From Parcubacteria group bacterium (GTDB taxonomy: Bacteria; Patescibacteriota; Minisyncoccia; Moranbacterales; UBA9337): a DNA stretch of 64,000 bases. Shown piece after piece: positions 22,541 through 32,572 of this stretch (the stretch's first letter is position 1; every line of letters begins with the position of its first letter). The notes under the pieces were generated by a model. That model was not told the origin of the DNA. It made no database searches and worked only from the letters and a program-made list of their open reading frames with translations. A program made the position numbers and the translations under genes. The stretch is from assembly GCA_041662245.1 (NCBI GenBank), contig JBAZSW010000001.1, forward strand, positions 11,714-75,713. The letters run 5' to 3'.

Positions 22541-24499
22541 ATGCCATTTAAAATAAATTCAAAATTTAAGCCTGCGGGAGATCAGCCCCAAGCTATCGAG
22601 AAACTGACGCAGGGAATCAAAAGGGGAAAGAAATTTCAAACGCTTTTGGGTGTGACAGGAAGTGGTAAGACTTTTACTATTGCTAATTTGATTGAAAGAA
22701 TTCAAAAGCCAACGCTAGTAATTGCGCCCAATAAAACTTTAGCTGCTCAATTAACTCAAGAATTTCGAGCTTTTTTCCCCAACAACGCCGTAGAATATTT
22801 TGTTTCTTATTATGATTATTATCAACCCGAGGCTTATATAAGTTCTACTGATACATATATTGAAAAAGAAACTCAGATTAACGACGAAATTGATAAGTTA
22901 AGGCATAGTGCGACAGCTTCAGTCTTATCTCGCAAAGATGTAATTGTGGTAGCAAGCGTTTCTTGTATCTATGGTTTAGGTAGTCCTGCTAGATATGAAG
23001 AAATTACTTTAACCTTAAAAAAGGGTGGTTCATTTACACGTGAAGAAGCGATAAAAGGTTTAATCGGAATGTATTATATGCGCAGTGATATCCTCGAGCG
23101 TGGAAAGTTTCGAGTAATTGGAGAGACAATTGAAATAGTTTCTCCCGGCAGAGAAGTTATCGTCAGAGTGGAGATTGCTAATGACAAAATTCAAAGCATT
23201 TCTGAGAGGGATATGCTTACTCAGGAAAAGATGAGTGATTTAGAAAAAGTGATGATTTTTCCGGCTAAACATTTTGTGATGCCCGAAGAAATAATGGGAG
23301 ACGTTCTAAAAGAAATTGAGAGTGAGATGAAAAAAAGAGTGGCCTATTTCGAGAAAAAAGGAAATATTTTGGAAGCCCAGAGGATTGAAAAAAGAACTAA
23401 ATATGATATTGAGATGATGCGTGAAGTGGGGTATTGCAGTGGAATAGAAAATTATTCCCGTTATCTCAGTGAGCGAAAAGCCGGTGAATCTCCTTATACT
23501 CTAATAGATTATTTTGGGAAAGATTTTCTGATGGTAATTGATGAATCTCATGTCACTATTCCGCAAATTGGAGGAATGTATTTTGGCGATAGATCTAGAA
23601 AAGCTAATCTGGTAGAAAATGGTTTTCGTCTTCCGAGTGCGATGGATAATCGACCATTAAAGTTTACCGAATTTGAAAATAGGATCAATCAAGCTATTCT
23701 GGTGAGTGCTACCCCCTCTAAATACGAAAAAGCTAATTCACCGACAGTGGTAGAACAAATTATCCGTCCTACAGGATTGATTGATCCAGAATTAATTGTA
23801 AGAAGTGCCAAAACCCAAGTCAAAGATGTACTAGAAGAAATAAAAACTGTTTCGGCGCGCGGGGAAAGAATTTTAATTACTACGCTGACAAAAAAACAAT
23901 CCGAAAATTTAGCTGAGTTTCTTAAAGAAAATAAAATTAAATCTAATTACCTTCATTCCGGCGTGGATACCCTAGATAGAATTAAAACTTTGGAAGATTT
24001 GCGACGCGGAAAATTCGATGTATTGGTGGGAGTTAATCTTTTGCGGGAAGGCTTGGATTTGCCGGAAGTTTCTTTGGTGGCAATTTTTGATGCGGATAAA
24101 GAAGGCTTTTTGCGTAGTGAAACATCGCTTATCCAAACTATCGGTCGAGCCGCTCGAAACGTGATGGGGCGGGTGATTCTTTACGCAGATAATATTACTG
24201 GTTCGATGGAAAGGGCGATTCGAGAAACGGAACGAAGACGCACAATTCAAAGAGCTTATAATAAAAAACATCATATCACTCCTAAAACAATTAAGAAAAA
24301 AATTCAATCTATTGTGGACCATGAAATTAATCCAGTCTTATCTAGCGATTTTGTCAGATTGGAAACCTTGGAAGATATTAATGGCTATATAAAACAAAAA
24401 GAAAAAGAAATGAAAGAAGCAGCTAAAAATTTAGAATTCGAGCGAGCGTCAATTATCAGGGACGAAGTTTACGAATTAAGAAAGTTGCGAGTTAAATAA
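22541..24499 (+). CDS. uvrB: Excinuclease ABC subunit B
   Basis: GVTGSGKT, YFVSYYDYYQPEAY, DESH, QTIGRAARN and C-terminal UVR domain. Confidence 0.98.
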   Translation: MPFKINSKFKPAGDQPQAIEKLTQGIKRGKKFQTLLGVTGSGKTFTIANLIERIQKPTLVIAPNKTLAAQLTQEFRAFFPNNAVEYFVSYYDYYQPEAYISSTDTYIEKETQINDEIDKLRHSATASVLSRKDVIVVASVSCIYGLGSPARYEEITLTLKKGGSFTREEAIKGLIGMYYMRSDILERGKFRVIGETIEIVSPGREVIVRVEIANDKIQSISERDMLTQEKMSDLEKVMIFPAKHFVMPEEIMGDVLKEIESEMKKRVAYFEKKGNILEAQRIEKRTKYDIEMMREVGYCSGIENYSRYLSERKAGESPYTLIDYFGKDFLMVIDESHVTIPQIGGMYFGDRSRKANLVENGFRLPSAMDNRPLKFTEFENRINQAILVSATPSKYEKANSPTVVEQIIRPTGLIDPELIVRSAKTQVKDVLEEIKTVSARGERILITTLTKKQSENLAEFLKENKIKSNYLHSGVDTLDRIKTLEDLRRGKFDVLVGVNLLREGLDLPEVSLVAIFDADKEGFLRSETSLIQTIGRAARNVMGRVILYADNITGSMERAIRETERRRTIQRAYNKKHHITPKTIKKKIQSIVDHEINPVLSSDFVRLETLEDINGYIKQKEKEMKEAAKNLEFERASIIRDEVYELRKLRVK

Positions 24500-24564
24500 G
24501 TGAAATATTATATTATCCGTGCGAGCGAAGCCCAGTTATTCCGCAAACCGAAATTTTACGGGGT

Positions 24565-24621
24565 GAAAAAGCTAGTGTTATTAGAGATGAGATTTATGAA
24601 TTGAGAAAGATCTCCAAATAA
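24565..24621 (+). pseudogene. Displaced duplicate of the uvrB 3' end
   Basis: Translates EKASVIRDEIYELRKISK*, versus the UvrB end ERASIIRDEVYELRKLRVK*. Confidence 0.8.
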
Positions 24622-24679
24622 ATTTTGAATTTAAAATTTTGAATTTTAATTCAATTTTTAATGTTATAATATTTAATAT

Positions 24680-24868
24680 TTCCTCCTCTCCATCTTTGTG
24701 CTCAAAGGGGGAGATGTCCAGCAGGACAGAGGGGGTTGTTTCCAGTATTCAATGCTCATTTAATATTCAATGATACAATGTTTGATAGGTATGTCATTTC
24801 GACCGAATAAATTTATGCCTGTCATGTTGAATAACATGGTAATCATAAATTTATGCATGGAGAAATCT
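24680..24868 (+). repeat. Left compound REP-like cluster (24680-24737 and 24791-24868)
   Basis: Homologous in inverted orientation to 27354-27405 and 27249-27327. Confidence 0.8.
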
Positions 24869-24952
24869 TAAGTTTTCAATTGTAGGCAGTTTTGATGGAA
24901 CCATGATTGATAGTATAATAGCCACATTGATATAATAATTCTTATAAAATTT

Positions 24953-25558
24953 ATGAAAGCAGTTGTCTTTGATTTTGATGGTGTAATCCATGATACCTAT
25001 GAATTAGCTTATCAGATAAATGTTGAAATTTTAGGAGGATCTTTGACTCGAGAACAGCATAGAGATTTTTTTAATGGAAACATGTTTGAGCGGGTGATAG
25101 TAGATAAGGAAAAAGAAAAGATAGAAAGTGAAAATTTTTATAAGTTGCAAAATGAAGCATTTAAACATCTTGAAATAGATGAGAATATTAGAAAAAATTT
25201 AGAAAAATTATCTAAAAAATATTCTTTGTTTATAATTTCATCTAATCAGGAAAAAGCCTTAAATAGCTATTTTAAAAATAACAAATTTACACATATTTTT
25301 AAAGAAATACTAGGGTCAGAAACACATCAATCAAAGGTTGAAAAATTTAAGTATTTGTTTGAAAAATATGCCTTGGTTGCTGATGATTGTATTTTTGTTA
25401 CAGATACTCTGGGAGATATTTTGGAAGGAAACAAAGTCGGCGTAAAAACAATTGCAGTTGATTTTGGTTTTCATAAAAGAGATCGGCTTGAAAAAGGTAA
25501 ACCGTTTAAGATAGTTTCTAGCTTTGATGAAATAATAGAAATAATATCGAAGCTGTAA
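24953..25558 (+). CDS. HAD-superfamily hydrolase
   Basis: FDFDGVI motif I, ISSN motif II, TDTLGD motif IV. Confidence 0.9.
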   Translation: MKAVVFDFDGVIHDTYELAYQINVEILGGSLTREQHRDFFNGNMFERVIVDKEKEKIESENFYKLQNEAFKHLEIDENIRKNLEKLSKKYSLFIISSNQEKALNSYFKNNKFTHIFKEILGSETHQSKVEKFKYLFEKYALVADDCIFVTDTLGDILEGNKVGVKTIAVDFGFHKRDRLEKGKPFKIVSSFDEIIEIISKL

Positions 25559-25597
25559 TCCGGGGAATAAATTTTAAAAATAATTAATAAAAAATAT

Positions 25598-26047
25598 ATG
25601 GAAATAAGATCAAAATTGGATTTTCCGGCTGGAGCACTGACCAATTTTGCTCCACATGCTTTTGAAATTGATGATGTAAAATGTGCTTCTATGGAAGGGT
25701 TTTTGCAATCCTTAATAATAGATGACGAGAAAATTCAAAAAGAAATTTGTCAGTTAGTGGGAATTGAAGCCAAAAACTGGGGGATTGCACAAGATGCTGT
25801 TTGGCAAGAAACCCAATGCTTATGGTGGAAAGGCGAGAAATATGATCGCCACGGAAAAGAATATCAGGAGCTTCTTGATAGAGCTTATGCAGAACTTTTC
25901 AAAAACGAAAATTTTAGAAAAGCTCTCTTGGCAACGGGAGATGAAATTTTAACGCATTCAATTGGACACGCTGACCCATATGAAACAATTCTTACTGAGA
26001 AAGAATTTTGCGATAGGTTGATGGAATTGAGAAAAAGAGCAAAGTAA
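25598..26047 (+). CDS. NADAR-family protein (T4 gp30.3-like)
   Basis: LTNFAPH.F..D...ASMEGFLQSL, ALLATGDEILTHSIG and TILTEKEF motifs. Confidence 0.75.
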   Translation: MEIRSKLDFPAGALTNFAPHAFEIDDVKCASMEGFLQSLIIDDEKIQKEICQLVGIEAKNWGIAQDAVWQETQCLWWKGEKYDRHGKEYQELLDRAYAELFKNENFRKALLATGDEILTHSIGHADPYETILTEKEFCDRLMELRKRAK

Positions 26048-26174
26048 ATTTCAAATTTTGAATTTCGGTTCAATTTTTAATATTTAATCTAGTATAAATT
26101 CTATTTCTTTTTTAGCAATAAAATTTAAACGGCTACCCATTGGATTTCAACAGGTAGCCGTTTCAGTAAGAAAA

Positions 26175-26484
26175 CTATTTGGTTTCTGATTGGATGAGTT
26201 GGCAGACCTCCTCTTTAAATATCAACCATCGCATAAATATAGGGCTTACATGTTCCGTCCACCATTGTGCTGCGTCAGGGCTTTTTTCTTTCAATATTTG
26301 TATGGCGATAGATGTTTCAACGGGATATCCATTTGGATTTTCCGCTTTACCACCGAGTACCCCCATTGCAATCGTATGAGTTGGCAAGTTCTCTGCAACT
26401 GGCATGACGAGTCCGATCCATGCTTTTCTTACCCACTCAGGTGCTTGACCGGGGGGAACATCAATAATTTTTTTCTTGTGCCAC
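26175..26484 (-). CDS. Hypothetical protein; natural GTG start appears frameshifted in an A7 run
   Basis: GGAGG then GTG GCA CAA GAAAAAAA; the main frame IIDVPPGQAPEWVRKAWIGL needs A6. Confidence 0.55.
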
Positions 26485-26601
26485 GGTGTACCTCCTATTG
26501 TTTGTTTGTGAGGGACTATTCCTTCTAAAAACACTCTTTAATCTTTTGAAATAGTATAAAGTCTAAACTGTAATTTTGCAAATTATTATTTTTTTTCAAA
26601 G

Positions 26602-26637
26602 AGTGTCACTTTTGTCCACGTGGACAAAAGTGACACT
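26602..26637. repeat. Perfect 36-bp palindrome
   Basis: agtgtcacttttgtccac|gtggacaaaagtgacact, no loop. Confidence 0.95.
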
Positions 26638-26768
26638 AATTTTTTTTGAAATAGATTTTTATTGCTTTTTGTTTTTGGATATGTTTAGATAGGGTTAGCT
26701 ATTTTTATAAAGTTTTTTTGGTGATTCGGCTATAGTAGAATACTCTAACTAAGAAGGAGGGTGTTTTA

Positions 26769-26971
26769 ATGAAAAAAATCTTGCATTATGCATCATATCA
26801 ATTTTGTTGACTGCTGGCGGAGGGTTGATAGTGGGACTGAGTGACCAAGATGCTCTTGGTGTAGTTCTTGTTGTAGCGGGTTTTGCAGGTATATTTTTTT
26901 CTTTCTATAGAGAATATTGGAGAATGGCATATGATGAATCTGATGAAATGTCCCAAGAAATCGATTCATAA
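26769..26971 (+). pseudogene. Small two-TM protein frameshifted in an A7 run right after ATG
   Basis: SD AAGGAGG. With A8 it reads MKKNLALCIISILLTAGGGLIVGLSDQDALGVVLVVAGFAGIFFSFYREYW...EIDS*. Confidence 0.6.
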
Positions 26972-26985
26972 GGAGGAAAGTGCTT

Positions 26986-27153
26986 ATGTGCTGGAGAGAT
27001 AATATCAGCAGAGCAAGAATGTGCTCACTTTGCGGTCAAGAATATTATGGAGATCTCGGGCATAGAAATTGCCCAGCTCTCGAGAAGGAAGAAGAGCCAG
27101 AGGAAAAAGTTATCAAACTTAATAAAGATTTCTGGAGGGAATTCTACGAGTGA
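26986..27153 (+). CDS. 55-aa putative Zn-binding protein (absent from the ORF track)
   Basis: SD AAGGAGG; MCWRDNISRARMCSLCGQEYYGDLGHRNCP...; CxxC..HxxC; followed by a hairpin with U-tract. Confidence 0.65.
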   Translation: MCWRDNISRARMCSLCGQEYYGDLGHRNCPALEKEEEPEEKVIKLNKDFWREFYE

Positions 27154-27248
27154 TGAAAAATTGTGGCATTCATTTGCCCTGGTGGAAAGAGTTTTGCGCT
27201 CACCATTGGGGCATTTTTTTATTTTATAATTTATAAATTTTAAATTCT

Positions 27249-27405
27249 AGATCTCTCCACGCATAAATTTCCGAGTACCCCAGTTATTCAACGGGGCACG
27301 CAGAAATTTATTTGGTCGAGATGACATATTTTTTAATATGGGTAATTGAAACTAACCCTCTCTATTTTTTGGACATTTCCCCCTTTGAAAAGGGGGAGAG
27401 GGGAA
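27249..27405 (-). repeat. Right compound REP-like cluster
   Basis: Reverse complement aligns with 24791-24868 (atgtcatYtcgacc..gttgaataac..aaatttatgc.tggaga.atct) and with 24680-24737. Confidence 0.8.
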
Positions 27406-27543
27406 ACTTATTGAATATTGCAACATTGAAAATTGATTGGAAATTGGGATTTGGGATTTGGAAATTGCTTAAAGGGTGACATTTCTAAGAAAATGGTATA
27501 ATATAGGTAGACGATAATAGTTGATTGTCATTGCGAATTAGCT

Positions 27544-27599
27544 AGATTTCTCCACTCCTATTTTTTTGAGTACAAAAAATTATCCGGTCGAAATGACAT
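27544..27599 (-). repeat. Third copy of the tgtcatttcgacc..ggagaaatct REP-like element
   Basis: agatttctccac...ggtcgaaatgacat; partial end gtcgagatgaca follows near 27631. Confidence 0.7.
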
Positions 27600-27660
27600 A
27601 GTGAGTAAGGGCGAGATGATAGAGCATAAAGTCGAGATGACAAACGATAATGTTAAATAT

Positions 27661-30492
27661 ATGAAAGATAGAATTTTTGTAAAAGGAGCTAGAGAACACA
27701 ATCTAAAAAATATTGATCTCGAAATTCCTAGAAATAAATTAATAGTTTTTACAGGGCTTAGCGGTAGTGGCAAGAGTACCTTGGCTTTTGATACGATTTT
27801 CGCTGAAGGACAAAGAAGATATTTAGAAAGTCTTTCTAGCTACGCTCGCCAATTTTTAGGTCAAATGGATAAGCCGGATGTGGATTATATTGAAGGACTT
27901 AGTCCAGCTATTTCTATTGACCAAAAATCAGTTTCTCGCAATCCTCGTTCAACGGTGGGAACTATTACCGAAATTCATGATTATTTGCGTTTGCTTTATG
28001 CTAAAATAGGAATTCCTCATTGTCCAGAATGTGGGCGAGAAATTAGCAAAATGTCGATTGATGAGATTGTCGATCGAGCTATTGAGAATGGAGCTAATAA
28101 AGAAATAGAAATTATGGCTCCTATTGTGCGAAGTCGTAAAGGTGAATATAGTACACTTTTGGAAGATATGTATAAAAGTGGATATTCCACTGCCAGAGTT
28201 AACGGTAAAATGATAAAATTAATTAATTGGAAAGAAATAAAATTAGCTCGTTACAAAAAACATAACATTGACATTGTAGTTGATAAATTAAAAATAAATG
28301 ATGATAATCTGAGTCGAATCTTCGAGGGAGTTGAAAGAGCTTTAAAAATTGCCAAGGGAATTGTGATGATCAAGAATGGGAAAAAAGAAAGTTCTTTTAA
28401 TCAAAATTTAGCTTGTCCGGTGCATGAAATAGAATTTCCCGAGTTGGAACCTCGGTTGTTTTCTTTCAATTCTCCTTTTGGGGCTTGCGAAGCTTGTGAG
28501 GGATTAGGAACAAAAAAGGAGTTAGATGAAAAATTGATTATTCCCGACAGAAACAAAACCATCGGTGAGGGGGGTATTTTACCTTGGAGTTATAAGTCTA
28601 ACAATTATTTAGGGACAATAATGCGCGCGGTAACTAATTATTATCACATTGCCGAAAATAAAAGACTTAAAGATTTAAGCAAAAGTGATTTGGATACATT
28701 GCTTTATGGCAGCGAAGAGCAGGATTTGATTAGCGTAAAATATCATTTTCGTACAGGGGTACGGGAATATTTTATGACTTGGAAAGGAATTGTCGGTTGG
28801 ATGGAAGACAGATATAAAAAAACTACTTCGGAGGCAGTCAGGAATGATATTGAAAAGTACATGAGTCAAAACCCTTGTTCTACTTGCAAGGGGAGTCGTT
28901 ATAAAAAAGAAGTGCTTCTAGTAAAAGTGGGAAAGAAAAATATCGATGAAATTTCTCATGAAAATATTTTAGATGCGCTAAATTTTTTTAAAAATTTAAA
29001 ATTAAATAAAAAAGAAGAACTTATCGGAAGTCGGATTGTGCAAGAAATTATCAACCGGCTAACTTTTTTAAATGATGTGGGTCTAAATTACATTACTCTT
29101 TCTCGTGGAGCCAAAACTTTAAGCGGAGGAGAATCTCAAAGAATTAGATTAGCTTCCCAAATTGGCTCGCAATTAGTGGGTGTCTTGTATATCCTTGATG
29201 AACCATCAATCGGTTTACATGCTCGCGATAACGCTAGACTTTTAGAAACTCTAAAAAATTTAAAAAGATTAGGGAATACCGTAATTGCCATTGAGCACGA
29301 TGAAGAAACGATGCGAGGAGCGGATTATTTGGTCGATATCGGTCCAGGAGCAGGTAAGCATGGAGGAGAAATTGTCGCAGCGGGAACTCCCGAAGAAGTG
29401 ATGAAAAGTAAGAAATCCATTACAGCACAATATTTGAATGGGACTAATAAAATTGAGATTCCTCATATTAGAAGGAAAGCTTGGGGTAAAAAAAGTATTA
29501 TTTTAAAGGGAGCTAGAGAAAATAATTTAAAAAATCTTAATGTAGAGTTTCCTCTCAATGTCTTTACTTGTGTGACAGGAGTTTCGGGAAGTGGTAAATC
29601 CACTTTAGTTAAGGATACTCTCTACAAAGCACTTTCTAATAAATTACATAAAACTCTAGAAATTCCTGGCACGCATCAAGAAATAATCGGAGCTCACAAT
29701 ATTGATAAGATAATAATGGTTGATCAGGCACCGATTGGACGAACCCCTCGTTCTAATCCTGCGACATACACAGGATTGTTTACTTTTATTCGTGATTTAT
29801 TTGCTACAACTCGCGATGCTAAAGCTCGGGGTTATAATCCGGGAAGATTTTCTTTTAATGTTAGTGGCGGACGTTGTGATAATTGTAAAGGTGAAGGATT
29901 TTTAAAAATTGAAATGCAATTTATGCCAGATGTTTATCTGCCCTGCGATGTGTGTAAAGGAAAAAGATATAATCGAGAAACTTTGGAAGTAAAATATAAA
30001 GGAAAAAATATTTCAGAAGTTTTAGCAATGACTGTCAGTGAGGCATTAGAATTTTTTGAAAATTTTACGATTATTTCCGATAAGTTAAGAGTTTTAGACG
30101 AAGTAGGGTTGGGCTATATCGAACTGGGGCAAAGTGCCACTACTCTAAGTGGAGGAGAAGCTCAAAGAGTAAAGCTGGCTACGGAACTTTCACGTCGTTC
30201 TAGCGGACATAATATTTATATTTTAGACGAACCGACCACGGGACTTCATTTTGAAGATATTAAAAAATTATTGGATATTCTCAATCGTTTGGTGGATGCC
30301 GGCAACACTGTAATTGTAATTGAACACAATATGGATATGATTAAATCGGCGGATTGGCTTATTGATCTCGGCCCTGAAGGAGGAGAGAATGGGGGAAAAA
30401 TTATCGTGACGGGTACGCCTGAAGAAGTAGCCAGATGGCATAAAGAAAGTTATACAGGGAAATATTTGAGAAAAGCTTTAGGGCTTAGATGA
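27661..30492 (+). CDS. uvrA: Excinuclease ABC subunit A
   Basis: GAREHNLKN, two Walker A motifs (GLSGSGKS, GVSGSGKS), LSGGE signatures and Zn fingers; start at MKDRI. Confidence 0.98.
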   Translation: MKDRIFVKGAREHNLKNIDLEIPRNKLIVFTGLSGSGKSTLAFDTIFAEGQRRYLESLSSYARQFLGQMDKPDVDYIEGLSPAISIDQKSVSRNPRSTVGTITEIHDYLRLLYAKIGIPHCPECGREISKMSIDEIVDRAIENGANKEIEIMAPIVRSRKGEYSTLLEDMYKSGYSTARVNGKMIKLINWKEIKLARYKKHNIDIVVDKLKINDDNLSRIFEGVERALKIAKGIVMIKNGKKESSFNQNLACPVHEIEFPELEPRLFSFNSPFGACEACEGLGTKKELDEKLIIPDRNKTIGEGGILPWSYKSNNYLGTIMRAVTNYYHIAENKRLKDLSKSDLDTLLYGSEEQDLISVKYHFRTGVREYFMTWKGIVGWMEDRYKKTTSEAVRNDIEKYMSQNPCSTCKGSRYKKEVLLVKVGKKNIDEISHENILDALNFFKNLKLNKKEELIGSRIVQEIINRLTFLNDVGLNYITLSRGAKTLSGGESQRIRLASQIGSQLVGVLYILDEPSIGLHARDNARLLETLKNLKRLGNTVIAIEHDEETMRGADYLVDIGPGAGKHGGEIVAAGTPEEVMKSKKSITAQYLNGTNKIEIPHIRRKAWGKKSIILKGARENNLKNLNVEFPLNVFTCVTGVSGSGKSTLVKDTLYKALSNKLHKTLEIPGTHQEIIGAHNIDKIIMVDQAPIGRTPRSNPATYTGLFTFIRDLFATTRDAKARGYNPGRFSFNVSGGRCDNCKGEGFLKIEMQFMPDVYLPCDVCKGKRYNRETLEVKYKGKNISEVLAMTVSEALEFFENFTIISDKLRVLDEVGLGYIELGQSATTLSGGEAQRVKLATELSRRSSGHNIYILDEPTTGLHFEDIKKLLDILNRLVDAGNTVIVIEHNMDMIKSADWLIDLGPEGGENGGKIIVTGTPEEVARWHKESYTGKYLRKALGLR

Positions 30493-30578
30493 TAAACTTA
30501 AAAAGTGATTAAAATTAAATACTAAAAAATAAAAAAGATTCCTGATATTACGGGGAATCTTTTTTGAGTTTTTTAAAC

Positions 30579-31187
30579 TCAAGTTTTTATTTTTTGGAAG
30601 TCACTTATGGAGAATGCAACTCCGCTGGTCTTGTAGTGGTGAATTGCCATCCCAAGGGCATAGTTTCGAGAGGCATCAAAATTTGGAAATGTTGCCTTTT
30701 GGCATAGGAATTTTTTAAATGTAACATTCTCGTAGCAATATATTTTTTCAAAAACAGCATTGCCACAGTCAAACTCTCCGATGGTCGAAACGCTAAAGTA
30801 AATATCCTTAAAAAAGGCATTTTCACAATTAAATTTTTTGATGGTTGCACCATTGAATTGAAACCTGCTATTGAATTTGGCATTTCCACAATAGAATCCG
30901 CCAAACAAGCTAATGCTGTCTCCCAAAGAGAACCAATCGTCGAATTTTGCATCATCGCAATAAAAACCTCCTTTAAATCTGGCGTAGAAACAGCTGAAAT
31001 GTTTTTTGAACGTAGCGTCACCACAATGAAAGTCATTCTTAAAAGTTCCCCTGCCAAGAGAAATGTCTCGGGTAAAAGTTTTTTTGGGAAGAACAATTTT
31101 TCCTTTAACGATGTACTCGCCAAAAATTTGGAAATTGCCGTTCTTGTACAAATGTTCGATAAATTTTGCAACGGTTATGGTTTTCAT
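30579..31187 (-). CDS. Pentapeptide-repeat-like (beta-helix) protein
   Basis: Repeated F.C..A.F decamers; GGAGG SD. Confidence 0.7.
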   Translation of the reverse strand: MKTITVAKFIEHLYKNGNFQIFGEYIVKGKIVLPKKTFTRDISLGRGTFKNDFHCGDATFKKHFSCFYARFKGGFYCDDAKFDDWFSLGDSISLFGGFYCGNAKFNSRFQFNGATIKKFNCENAFFKDIYFSVSTIGEFDCGNAVFEKIYCYENVTFKKFLCQKATFPNFDASRNYALGMAIHHYKTSGVAFSISDFQKIKT

Positions 31188-31372
31188 CTCTTCCTCCAGT
31201 TGATTTTTAAAAAAAGTACTACATCAATCCACCATAGAACTGACTGTATATTATAACTTATTTTTAGAACATGTCAATTCATTCATACTTGGGATCCTGA
31301 GCTTAATAGACCATTTTAAAACTTGAATTTAGAATTCAATTTGAAACTTTTAATTTAGCCTTTAAAATTAAT

Positions 31373-32356
31373 CTAATTTTTTATTTCCTCCATCTTAACA
31401 TTGGCTATGCCTTGACCGAGTGAGGCTATTTTTTCAAAAGCGACTTTATCTAGATCAATAATTCGACCAGCGCCAAACGGACCGCGATCATTAATTTTTA
31501 CTATGACTGATTTACCATTATCTTTGTTGGTTACTTTGACATAACTGCCCATGGGAAGCCAAGGATTGGCAGCTGACATTGTGCCTGTATAAGCATACCA
31601 ACTAGCTTGACCAGTGTGAGATGTGCCTAATTTTACATAGGTTCCTTGCGTAACAACTTTATTAATTGGTTCTTTAGTAACGACAGTTTCTTTTATTTTA
31701 CGGCTAACCTCTTTATTATCATGGTAGGCTACTTCATAACGAATTTCTTTAGTTCCTTTTTCTCCCGCTACTTCTACTTTTTTAGTTCGCCAGCTGAGTT
31801 TATCGTCTTCTTTTTCAATAGTTTTGAAATCGATATCTTTTTTGACGATTTCTTCCTTGATTTCTACTCGGGTAATTTTTATCTCTTCGTTATTATAGGC
31901 TAAGGTTTTTCTTTCAGGTTTAATGAGGTCTTCTTCGCGGATGTCTAGATTGTTTTCAATAATTATTTCACCTACAGTTTTTCTAAAGCCAAAAATTTCT
32001 TTCTGCTCTTTATCTACCGAAATAATTAATTTTTTGGCTCTTTGTATCTCAACAACATTTCCGGGGAAAAGAATGTTTGACCTATCAGGAAAAACTAAGT
32101 CTTTCTCGTTTAAAGTTATTTTTTCGGTATTTAAAAATTCCTCTATTGTGAGAGCGTTGGTTTGAAATTTATTTTCAAAGTTGTTATCGTTTAGAATAAT
32201 ATTTTTCTCTCCACTGGCGATACCCAAAACTCGTTTATCTTTAAAGAAGAAAGTTTTCCCGACAAAAAAGGTCCCCCCCATCAAGAGGAATATGAGAAAA
32301 TATTTAAATTTAGATTGCCTATGTTTTTGTGTCATCATTGTATAGTCATCAGCCAT
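31373..32356 (-). CDS. DUF348/G5 domain protein with C-terminal RlpA-like DPBB domain
   Basis: G5 (GEKG..EP...VTQGT); ASWY..KINDRGPF..RIIDL. Confidence 0.88.
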   Translation of the reverse strand: MADDYTMMTQKHRQSKFKYFLIFLLMGGTFFVGKTFFFKDKRVLGIASGEKNIILNDNNFENKFQTNALTIEEFLNTEKITLNEKDLVFPDRSNILFPGNVVEIQRAKKLIISVDKEQKEIFGFRKTVGEIIIENNLDIREEDLIKPERKTLAYNNEEIKITRVEIKEEIVKKDIDFKTIEKEDDKLSWRTKKVEVAGEKGTKEIRYEVAYHDNKEVSRKIKETVVTKEPINKVVTQGTYVKLGTSHTGQASWYAYTGTMSAANPWLPMGSYVKVTNKDNGKSVIVKINDRGPFGAGRIIDLDKVAFEKIASLGQGIANVKMEEIKN

Positions 32357-32572
32357 ATTTTTAATCTCGTGGCCTTATCTATTAAATTATAACAGATTAA
32401 TCCTCACTTTAGCACTATTTGAGAGTTTTTGCACGGATATAATTGCATAAGTGTCCGTATTTGCTATTTTTATCTTAAAGGTTTTATTGTTATAATAACC
32501 CATGAGATGATGGTTGTTGGAATATTAGAAAATTATCATTTAAATAAAATAAAAATTATTAATTTGTAATCT

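Noticed and set aside
27047-27229. Tracked 60-aa ORF
   Set aside because: No SD and it runs through a terminator; the overlapping 26986-27153 frame has an SD and Zn ligands.
27601-27660. N-terminal extension of UvrA
   Set aside because: Derives from REP-like repeat sequence; UvrA similarity begins at 27661.
30605-31256. Overlapping ORFs 30605-31171 (-) and 30858-31256 (+)
   Set aside because: Shadow frames of the repeat protein, which has the SD and the periodic motif.
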